Below, piece by piece: positions 38,763 through 46,715 of a stretch of 64,000 nucleotides of DNA. Under the pieces are notes generated by a model, which saw only the letters and a program-made list of their open reading frames with translations, was not told where the DNA came from and ran no database searches. The translations under genes were made by a program, and so were the position numbers. This stretch comes from Candidatus Omnitrophota bacterium (lineage in GTDB: Bacteria > Omnitrophota > Gorgyraeia > Zapsychrales > Zapsychraceae): positions 645,149-709,148 of the forward strand of contig JBFWOS010000002.1 of NCBI GenBank assembly GCA_050250375.1, written 5' to 3'. Numbering within the stretch: position 1 is the first letter of the stretch; every line of letters starts with the position of its first letter.

Positions 38763-39651
38763 CAGGGCATGGATTGCCGCTGTATCTTCGATCTTTCTAA
38801 TTTTGACCGATTCCGTATCGTTCGGTGAAACAGATCTTACAGTCGAAGACCGGGCAAAGATGGGAGAAATTTATAGTCTGGAACGGCTTCAAAGATACGA
38901 TGAGGTAAAACCGCTTATCGCGGCGCTGCGCAGTCGATATCCTGAGAACAGCGAGATCAAATGGACGCAGGCGCGCATCCTGGGGTTCAGCGGGAGTTGG
39001 GAAGAAGCATCGGGCATTTTTGATGAGTTATGTGCCGATGAGTGTGAAAAAGAAATTGTCGTAACCTACGGGCACATCCTTGAATCGCAGGGCTCCAATC
39101 CCGGAACTTTGTCGCACATCAAGAAATTGGTGGACAGATATCCCGATTATGAAAAACTTCAGTCGATCTATATACAAATTTTATCCTGGAACGGCCAAAA
39201 CCCGGAAGGACGTGCTGCTCTCGAGAAACTCCATGAACAATTCCCGGAAGACCTTAAAATTATCGCTGCCTTGGGAGACGCTGCGTACGCCGCTGAAAAA
39301 TATACGCTTGCAGAGAAATATTATAGACATTTCCTGAGCCAGGAAATGTCTCCGGACGTTCACAATAAGTTCATCAATACACTGATTAGTCAGAAAAAGC
39401 ATGTGGAAGCGATTGAGGAAATGGATCGTTTGCTTCTCGAGGATCCGCAAAATCCGGATTTGCGCCATCAGTATGCCAGGGTCCTCTCCACCGCGGGAAA
39501 GCATGAAGAGGCCGTCAGTGAGTTAAAGACGTTGTTGCAGGAAGGCTATCAGAAAAAAGAGGCGCTGGTCCTGCTTGGCGATGAGCTTCGTTTATTGGGA
39601 CGCAATGATGAAGCTCTAAAGGTCTATCGCGAGGTTACAAATGCGGATTAA
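38752..39651 (+). CDS. Secreted TPR-repeat protein
   Basis: Signal peptide. The N-terminal domain (LTVEDRAKMGEIYSLERLQRYDE...) is paralogous to the N-terminus of 39641-41566. The C-terminus is paralogous to 38070-38762. Confidence 0.6.
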   Translation: MKANRAWIAAVSSIFLILTDSVSFGETDLTVEDRAKMGEIYSLERLQRYDEVKPLIAALRSRYPENSEIKWTQARILGFSGSWEEASGIFDELCADECEKEIVVTYGHILESQGSNPGTLSHIKKLVDRYPDYEKLQSIYIQILSWNGQNPEGRAALEKLHEQFPEDLKIIAALGDAAYAAEKYTLAEKYYRHFLSQEMSPDVHNKFINTLISQKKHVEAIEEMDRLLLEDPQNPDLRHQYARVLSTAGKHEEAVSELKTLLQEGYQKKEALVLLGDELRLLGRNDEALKVYREVTNAD

Positions 39652-41566
39652 ATGGCCGTTCGTGTTACCTTTATTGCTGATCGCCGGGGTTGCATCAAAG
39701 GCCTACGGGGCCAGCCCTCCCCTCACGCTTGAGGATCGCGCCAAAATCGGAGAAATTTACACTCTGGAGGATCTGAAACAGTACGATGACGCCTTACCGC
39801 TGATCGAGGATCTCATGGATCGGTATCCCGATGACAGGGAGGTTCAGCGGACCTATGTGCGGATCGTTGGATTTGGAGGAGACTGGGAACGGGCCGCGGA
39901 AGTTATGGAGACCCTGTGTGTGGAGCACTGCGATGACCAAATTGTCGAAACATACGGACATATCCTTGAGGCACAAGGCCCAAATCCGGATACACTGGTC
40001 GAGATGGAAAGACTCCTTGAGCGGTACCCTCAGAATCCTGAGCTTAAATCCATTTATGCGGACATGTCTACCTGGAATCAATCATCGAACGCACAGTCGG
40101 CGACTGTTAATACCCCTCAGGATGGTCAGGTCGATTTGAATGATGTTCAAATTCTTGTCGAGCAGAATAGGCATGAGGAAGCTCTGGACTTGATTGAGCG
40201 TTACCTGGACACCTCCCCAGAAGATGAATCGGCGCTCCTGTGGAAAGCTCGCGTCCTGAGCTGGTACGGGAAACGAATTCCTGCTATTCGGGTGTATCAG
40301 GAACTAATACAGGCCGATCCAGACAACATCACGTATTATCGAGAATGCGCACGTGTTATGGGATGGGCCGGAAATTATTATAATTCGAGCAAGATTTATC
40401 AGAAGGCGATCGAACGTTTTCCTGATCACGCAGGCCTTAAGGCCGAGGCCGCCGCAAAAAACGCCTATTATCACGGTAAATTCCTTCAGGCTGAAGAAAA
40501 CTACCGTAATTGGTTGGAGATAGAGTCGGGTAACCCCGAGGCTCTTTTTGATTTGGGGCAGATCCACGCGCGCAGCCGGCGCTTCTCGGCTACCCAGATG
40601 GACTATGCGGAACTGTTCGAGAGATATCCGAGCATCGATGAAGCCCGTTCTGCCCGTGATAAGGCCGATTTGTACGCACATGGTTGGATGACGGAATCCG
40701 GATTTACGCGCTATGAGGCGGACAGCGAATCCCGGCAGGCGGACGTACGGTTGAATCAGATTTTTACACAATTCGAAAAGATGATTCTCGGGAACATGTG
40801 GGTCGGGATACGGACCGAGGATCTGGATTATTTCTTCAACGATACGGATGCTGAGATCAGCCGTCAACGCTATTCGGCCTGGCTGGGACAAGGTTTCTCT
40901 CCTACGACATATTGGCAGGCGGGATTCGGAATCAGTAAATCTTCCGATGGGCTCAAGGACCTTTATTATCCCCATGCGCAAGTTCAGCTGCCTTTCATAT
41001 CTGAGAAATTTTTATGGAATCTTTCCTATAAACAAGACGATATCATCCAAAATTCAGACACGATCATCAGCACCCTGCAAGCCGATGAATATCGCGTGCG
41101 TGGGACATACAAGCCGTTTAAATTTATCGAAATCGGTGGTGATGAAAGTATTGCCCTATACTCCGATGACAATGAGCGGGAGATGTTCGGCGGCGACGCA
41201 GCATGGATTATGCTGCATGAACCCATGCGTTTGGTGGCGAAATATCGTTGGCAAAATACCCAATATGATCAGATCAATCCGGATTATTTCTCACCGGATG
41301 ACTTCGTATCCAAACGGGCTTCGCTGGAATGGCAGCATTACCTCAATAAGCGCAATTTATATTGGGGAGCAAATCAAACTTGGTACCGGCTGAAATATGA
41401 ATACGTTATGAATCCAAGTGATATTAATCATGTGATTACGGCCGGACTCAACCTGGAGTTGAGTAAAAGGTTGATATTAAAAGTTGAAGCCCAACGCACT
41501 TTGCACGAAGACCAGGATATATATAAAGAAAACATAGGAACGGCTTCGGTATTCTTCATTTTTTAG
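39641..41566 (+). CDS. Outer-membrane exopolysaccharide export protein, BcsC/PgaA-like: TPR N-terminus plus C-terminal beta-barrel
   Basis: Signal peptide, TPR region, then an about 300 aa C-terminal region with alternating aromatic/hydrophobic pattern ending in F (…ASVFFIF), as expected for an outer-membrane beta-barrel. Confidence 0.6.
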   Translation: MRIKWPFVLPLLLIAGVASKAYGASPPLTLEDRAKIGEIYTLEDLKQYDDALPLIEDLMDRYPDDREVQRTYVRIVGFGGDWERAAEVMETLCVEHCDDQIVETYGHILEAQGPNPDTLVEMERLLERYPQNPELKSIYADMSTWNQSSNAQSATVNTPQDGQVDLNDVQILVEQNRHEEALDLIERYLDTSPEDESALLWKARVLSWYGKRIPAIRVYQELIQADPDNITYYRECARVMGWAGNYYNSSKIYQKAIERFPDHAGLKAEAAAKNAYYHGKFLQAEENYRNWLEIESGNPEALFDLGQIHARSRRFSATQMDYAELFERYPSIDEARSARDKADLYAHGWMTESGFTRYEADSESRQADVRLNQIFTQFEKMILGNMWVGIRTEDLDYFFNDTDAEISRQRYSAWLGQGFSPTTYWQAGFGISKSSDGLKDLYYPHAQVQLPFISEKFLWNLSYKQDDIIQNSDTIISTLQADEYRVRGTYKPFKFIEIGGDESIALYSDDNEREMFGGDAAWIMLHEPMRLVAKYRWQNTQYDQINPDYFSPDDFVSKRASLEWQHYLNKRNLYWGANQTWYRLKYEYVMNPSDINHVITAGLNLELSKRLILKVEAQRTLHEDQDIYKENIGTASVFFIF

Positions 41567-41585
41567 GGTACATGGGAGAGATGCC

Positions 41586-43121
41586 ATGAAATATAATAAG
41601 AAAATAATTCTTCAGACCAGACCCTCAAAGGCCTTAGTCGTAATTTTGCTGGTATCCCTCGTTATTTATGTCATTATTCGCACACTATATCTTTGGTTTG
41701 CCATGGGCACGAAGTTGGAAATGGTTTTAGCCTGGATTTTTCTGGGTGCGGAATTATTCATCATGATTCACGCCATCGGATATTATTTGAATGTATTGAG
41801 GGCAAACTCCCCTTCGCATTATCCAAAGATAGCCGATGAGGAACCATCTATTGCTGTCCTGATCCCCGCCCGGCACGAACCCAGTGATGTAATCGAACAG
41901 ACACTTCTGGCTTGCTATAATCTGGACTACGAGAATAAATCCATTTATTTGCTGGATGACTCCTCCATCGTATCCTACAAACAAGAGGCAAATAGGATCG
42001 CCGAGCAGTTTGGTTCAGTCGTGTTTTCCAGGGATGAACATCGCGGAGCCAAGGCCGGTATCATCAATGATTGTTGCCGCACTTTAAGTGAAAAATATGT
42101 TGCCATACTGGATGCCGATCAGAACCCCATGCCGCATTTTTTAAAGGCCCTGGTGCCGTACCTGCAGCAGGATGAAAATCTGGCCTTCGTACAAAGTCCG
42201 CAATTCTATACCAATTGCTCCGTCAACAGTGTTGCGATGACGTCAAATTACCAACAAGGTATATTTTACGAATATATTTGCGAAGGAAAAAGCCGTAACG
42301 GAGCGATGATGTGCTGCGGAACAAATGTTCTGATGCGAAGAGCGGCTCTTGAGGACATCGGGGGCTTTGACGAAAAAACTGTGACCGAGGACTTTGCCAC
42401 CTCCCTTCGCTTGCATCTTAAGGGATGGAATACACTGTACATTAATAACCCCCTGGTTTTCGGTATGGCGCCACAAGATCTGATCGCGTATTTCAAACAG
42501 CAGTCACGCTGGTCAATGGGAAACACTCAGGTTTTTAAAAGCGTGATCAGGGCTTTCTTTACCCAGCCGTTCAGGCTGACAACCCGACAATGGTTTGAAT
42601 ATTTTATTACGGGTACTTATTATTTTATTGCCTGGGCCTATTTATTTTTGTTTGCCTTTCAGTTGATTTTCACTTTCTTAAATGTGCCGTCATTTTTTAT
42701 GGATCCCTATGTATACACGACCACGTTCATCCCGTATTTCCTGTTGGCCCTTGCTGTATTTTATTCCAGCATGGGATTGCGCCACTATGCGTTTTCAAAT
42801 ATCCTTAAAACTCACCTTTTGACGATTTTATCCATACCAGTTTACCTGAGAACAACACTGCTTGGGTTAATAAACATTCACAGCAAGTTTCAGGTTACGC
42901 CCAAGACGGGATCCACACGAGTGCCGTATAGGTTGTTATGGGGGCAGATATTTTTCTGGGTCTTGAATCTTATTGCGATGACATGGGGTATTTTAAGATG
43001 GATTTATGAAAGGAATATGGGAATCCTTTTTAACGTGTTCTGGCTCTTTGTTCACGCAATTGTTTTTTCATCGATATTCTATTTTAACGAAAATGAATGG
43101 GTGCAGGAGCAGGAGATATGA
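41586..43121 (+). CDS. Processive family-2 glycosyltransferase, cellulose-synthase/PgaC-like, no PilZ domain
   Basis: DxD motifs (YLLDDSS, ILDADQNP), TED motif (TEDFATS) and QQSRW (QxxRW). Flanked by N- and C-terminal transmembrane helices. Confidence 0.8.
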   Translation: MKYNKKIILQTRPSKALVVILLVSLVIYVIIRTLYLWFAMGTKLEMVLAWIFLGAELFIMIHAIGYYLNVLRANSPSHYPKIADEEPSIAVLIPARHEPSDVIEQTLLACYNLDYENKSIYLLDDSSIVSYKQEANRIAEQFGSVVFSRDEHRGAKAGIINDCCRTLSEKYVAILDADQNPMPHFLKALVPYLQQDENLAFVQSPQFYTNCSVNSVAMTSNYQQGIFYEYICEGKSRNGAMMCCGTNVLMRRAALEDIGGFDEKTVTEDFATSLRLHLKGWNTLYINNPLVFGMAPQDLIAYFKQQSRWSMGNTQVFKSVIRAFFTQPFRLTTRQWFEYFITGTYYFIAWAYLFLFAFQLIFTFLNVPSFFMDPYVYTTTFIPYFLLALAVFYSSMGLRHYAFSNILKTHLLTILSIPVYLRTTLLGLINIHSKFQVTPKTGSTRVPYRLLWGQIFFWVLNLIAMTWGILRWIYERNMGILFNVFWLFVHAIVFSSIFYFNENEWVQEQEI

Positions 43122-44248
43122 AGCCGATTATTTATTTATTGCTTGTCGTATTCGGGGTCTTTTTTCTGGTGGCCTGGATGCTTTCCGCGCTGACAAAAGA
43201 TGAGGCCTTTGTGCGACTGGAAGAAGGCTGGCGTGGATACAAGAATATTTTTGTTCAACCGGACGGAAAGGTATATCGAATCGAGGAAGAGGATGTTACT
43301 TCTGAAGGCCAGGCGAACGCCATGCTTCGCGCTGTCATCATGGATGATCAGGAGACCTTTGGGCGGATCTTAACTTGGACACAGAATAACCTGTCACGCA
43401 AAGACCGCGAGGGAGATTACTTGTTGTCGTGGTACTATAAAAATGGTGCCGTTCAGGATTCCATGCCGGCCGCTGATGCAGATATCGAATATGCCCTTGC
43501 GCTACTGCTGGCGTCACGAAAATGGGATGACGGTACCTATGCGGAGACGGCGTTGTTGGTACTCAAGGATATCCTGGACCGGCTGACAGTCGTGTTTCGA
43601 GGACGCCGCTATCTATTGCCGTGGATCATCCAGGACCCCGCTGATCAGGAGAGAATTCCTCAGAATCTCTCCTACTATTCCCCGTCTTTTTTTAAATTTT
43701 TCTACGAGTATGACCGGGATCCACGTTGGCTGGAACTTGTGGATACCACTTATGATCTTTTACTGCAAGCCCAAAAGGAATTTGACGGAATGCAGGGTTG
43801 CGGAGTAGTGCCGGATTGGAGTAAAGTCGACCATCAAGGTAAGCTTCATGCCTATGAGGGAAAATCCAGCAATTTTTCCTGGGAAGCGGTGAGAGTACCC
43901 ATGCGTGTCGGCATCGATGCTTTTTTATTTCGTGACCCCCGGGCCATTGAAGTGTTGTCCGGATTCGTCAAGTTTGCCGAAACGCAGTTAAACGAAACTG
44001 GAAAACTTGTCAGCAAGTACAGTTATGATTGTAAGCCCCTTTCAACACCGGAAAGCCCGCTCATGTTTTCGTCTATCTACATCGCCATGGAATTGACCAA
44101 TAGTCCGCAGGCTTCGTCTGTATGGGAAAGGCTGTCGCAATGGTTTCACCGGAGCCGGAAAGGCGGATATTACGAGGACCCGCGTAAGTATTATACGAAC
44201 AGTCTCGTATGGGTTGCAGACTTCTTATATATGGAGAAAGCGCAATGA
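43097..44248 (+). CDS. Glycoside hydrolase family 8 (BcsZ-like endoglucanase)
   Basis: GH8 signature AADADIEYALALLLASRKW. N-terminal transmembrane anchor or signal peptide. Confidence 0.78.
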   Translation: MGAGAGDMKPIIYLLLVVFGVFFLVAWMLSALTKDEAFVRLEEGWRGYKNIFVQPDGKVYRIEEEDVTSEGQANAMLRAVIMDDQETFGRILTWTQNNLSRKDREGDYLLSWYYKNGAVQDSMPAADADIEYALALLLASRKWDDGTYAETALLVLKDILDRLTVVFRGRRYLLPWIIQDPADQERIPQNLSYYSPSFFKFFYEYDRDPRWLELVDTTYDLLLQAQKEFDGMQGCGVVPDWSKVDHQGKLHAYEGKSSNFSWEAVRVPMRVGIDAFLFRDPRAIEVLSGFVKFAETQLNETGKLVSKYSYDCKPLSTPESPLMFSSIYIAMELTNSPQASSVWERLSQWFHRSRKGGYYEDPRKYYTNSLVWVADFLYMEKAQ

Positions 44249-44478
44249 GTAGTGATGAAATGATGTCAACGCTGGAGGAAATCCGCAAAATCGAAGGGGC
44301 TATCTCACTTTACTTAGGGCATATAAGGAATACACTGAATTTCTCTGGCTTTGATAAGGCGCTGCTAAATGATGTTGAAAAACGTCTTGCCTCTATACAT
44401 AGGGAAAGCCAAGAACAGAATATTTCTCTTAAGTATTTAATTGAAGAAATTAAGAAAGGAAACCGGAATGTTTACTAA
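44245..44478 (+). CDS. Small hypothetical protein, translationally coupled to the GH8 gene
   Basis: ATGA overlap with the GH8 stop. 77 aa with no known motif. Confidence 0.35.
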   Translation: MSSDEMMSTLEEIRKIEGAISLYLGHIRNTLNFSGFDKALLNDVEKRLASIHRESQEQNISLKYLIEEIKKGNRNVY

Positions 44479-44803
44479 TGAGATCTACAGCGAATATTTT
44501 CACGAGATATATCTTAAAAAGAAGAAAAAACTTAAATTGCTCTGCTTTTTGTCGGAACAAATTCTGGACGATGCTGTTGGAAAAGTCCTGGCCCGATTCT
44601 TGGAACAGGACATACGGCATGTGTTATTGCTGGAAGAATTGCTGGCATCGGTAGCCCCCCAAGAACGGTCTGAGGCTTATAGCGCTGAAGATACGACCGA
44701 AGAAAGCAGTTTACTTCTATTGGAGGATATTAAACGTATCCTGCAGAATAAAAAAGCTCAAGAGCCACGGTTTTCTCCATGGTATATGCGGGAAGAGCGG
44801 TAG
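44468..44803 (+). CDS. Small acidic hypothetical protein
   Basis: Start at MFTNEIY, overlapping the previous stop. No known motif. Confidence 0.35.
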   Translation: MFTNEIYSEYFHEIYLKKKKKLKLLCFLSEQILDDAVGKVLARFLEQDIRHVLLLEELLASVAPQERSEAYSAEDTTEESSLLLLEDIKRILQNKKAQEPRFSPWYMREER

Positions 44804-44868
44804 TGATATAGCCTTGCTTGAGTAAGCGGTCATCCATAGGTTTTAAAGACTTTTTTTGCAGGAGACTT

Positions 44869-44968
44869 TTACAAATTATCGGATATTCACGTAAGGCGGG
44901 TTTTGGAAGGAATGATTGGATCGTTATTTTAGTGGAAACAGGCTGGAAAATATCGCCTAGGAGAAACG
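44869..44968 (+). repeat. Intergenic direct repeat copy 4, the most diverged
   Basis: acaaattatcggatattcacgtaaggcgggttttggaaggaatg...ttttagtggaaacaggctggaaaa...taggagaaacg. The -10 element is degenerate (TAAAAG). Confidence 0.8.
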
Positions 44969-44971
44969 ATG

Positions 44972-45367
44972 TTATTTTTTACTTTGCGTCCTTAATATTT
45001 TATTCATTTCTTTTCCCATGGCCAATTCATCGATTAATTTATCCAGATAACGGATGTTTCTCATCAGTTTATCTTCAATGTCTTCGATGCGATACCCGCA
45101 GATTGTCCCTTTGATCAAGGCCACATTCGCATTCATTTGAGGCGCCTGTTCAAAAAATGTCTCAAAATCATTCTTTTTATCCAGTTGTTCCTGCAGACCT
45201 TTTTTGTCATATCCGGTTAACCAGAATATGATTTCATCGACCTCTGCCTTTGTGCGTCCCTTTTTCTCTGCTTTTTGAATATATAAAGGGTAAACGCCGG
45301 CAAAAGCGATCGTATAAATTTTAGGTTTTTCGCCCTTCGGTTTAATAATCTTTTTTTTGCCGGTCAT
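44972..45367 (-). CDS. DUF2200-like hypothetical protein
   Basis: 131 aa. [24 protein letters not shown] resembles DUF2200 proteins, from memory. Confidence 0.45.
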   Translation of the reverse strand: MTGKKKIIKPKGEKPKIYTIAFAGVYPLYIQKAEKKGRTKAEVDEIIFWLTGYDKKGLQEQLDKKNDFETFFEQAPQMNANVALIKGTICGYRIEDIEDKLMRNIRYLDKLIDELAMGKEMNKILRTQSKK

Positions 45368-45418
45368 GATTTCATCTTCCTCTCTTTTTTTATCTAACGG
45401 TCATCAAAAAAGGATACA

Positions 45419-46678
45419 TTATTTCAATAAAGGCAACCCGCGTCCGATAATATATCTAAACCAGTACCCGGCCAGCAGAGATGTAACGATGGCAATCAGC
45501 ACCAGGACAACAAAAAATGTTTCATTAATAATCCCCATGTCAAACGCAACCGTGGCTAAAACGATTCCCGGTCCTCCTCTGGTGTTCATGGCAACTCCCA
45601 AATTAAAACTGGAAAGCCAATCTTTGCCTGCTAATCGTGAGGCTGCCATTGTTCCGATCGTTTCAAACAAGGCGCTAAACACCAAAAATCCCAGAAAGAG
45701 TATGGGGTCAAAGTGATGAACTAAATCCAGTTTCAGCCCGACCACGGCAAAATAAATGGGGATAAAGAAACCCAGGGATATTTCCTTAATGTGCACCTTC
45801 ACCGTATTGAATTTTTCATCAGGAATCATCCCGATTACGATGCCGGCCAGAAAGGCCCCGAATACAATATTGACATCCAAAACACTGGCTATAGCCGAAA
45901 ACAAAAAACATATGAATAAAACATACCCGGATACCGATGATTTAATAAGCAAGTTGCCTCTTGATTTGTTGCTTTTATTAATGATCTTTGGCATAACAAA
46001 AAGAGAAATTAAAAAGAACATCAAAGTGATAAACACGGTTGTGACGACACTCATCGGCGTGACCGTCTCGTTGCTGACAAGACCTGTCGCGATAGCCAGC
46101 GCGATCCAGAGAATGACATCTTGAATAGTCGCTGTTGCCAGGACGACTTTGGCAAAACGGGTTTCCATGATATCGAGATCAATGAATATTCTTGATATGA
46201 CCGGTATGGACGTTACGGCAACGGCAATCGCAATAACAATCGTTAGGGCAAGCATGTTGCCCTTTGTTCCTAAATAAGGGGAAAAATCAAAAAACCGGGG
46301 AGCGATCCAGCCTGCAAAAAATGGAATGACTGTCGCTCCGAGCAAAAGAAAGACGCACAATTTTCCGTCTTCCTTTGTCAGGGATTTCTGGATTTCAAAA
46401 CCGGACAGAAACATTAATAAGACAAGCCCCATCCAATAAATCAAGGAGATGAGTTTGCCTTCTCCCTCGAAAGCGTTGAAGATCCAGTCATAAATGCCCG
46501 GGGAAAAATAACCCAAAAACGAAGGTCCAAGGAGTAATCCGCCGGTAATTTCTCCGATCACCCGGGGCATCTTGAATCTGTGAAAGAGATACCCAAATAC
46601 ATGCGCCGATATTAAAAGGGCGGCAATGGCGAAGAAAAATCGTGTTAATTCAAAGTTTGTTAATGTTATTAAACTCAT
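45419..46678 (-). CDS. Cation:proton antiporter (CPA/Kef-type Na+/H+ exchanger family)
   Basis: 419 aa with about 12 transmembrane helices and sodium/hydrogen-exchanger-like helices. Confidence 0.7.
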   Translation of the reverse strand: MSLITLTNFELTRFFFAIAALLISAHVFGYLFHRFKMPRVIGEITGGLLLGPSFLGYFSPGIYDWIFNAFEGEGKLISLIYWMGLVLLMFLSGFEIQKSLTKEDGKLCVFLLLGATVIPFFAGWIAPRFFDFSPYLGTKGNMLALTIVIAIAVAVTSIPVISRIFIDLDIMETRFAKVVLATATIQDVILWIALAIATGLVSNETVTPMSVVTTVFITLMFFLISLFVMPKIINKSNKSRGNLLIKSSVSGYVLFICFLFSAIASVLDVNIVFGAFLAGIVIGMIPDEKFNTVKVHIKEISLGFFIPIYFAVVGLKLDLVHHFDPILFLGFLVFSALFETIGTMAASRLAGKDWLSSFNLGVAMNTRGGPGIVLATVAFDMGIINETFFVVLVLIAIVTSLLAGYWFRYIIGRGLPLLK

Positions 46679-46715
46679 TCAATAATGCAGGTCCGTGGAT
46701 ATTTATTGTCAGATT

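Noticed and set aside
27812-44968. Repeat copies as c-di-GMP riboswitches (GEMM) controlling the cellulose-like operon
   Set aside because: Only copy 3 precedes a plus-strand operon. The sequence does not match the GEMM-I or GEMM-II conserved cores as I recall them. Three copies face away from any downstream plus-strand gene.
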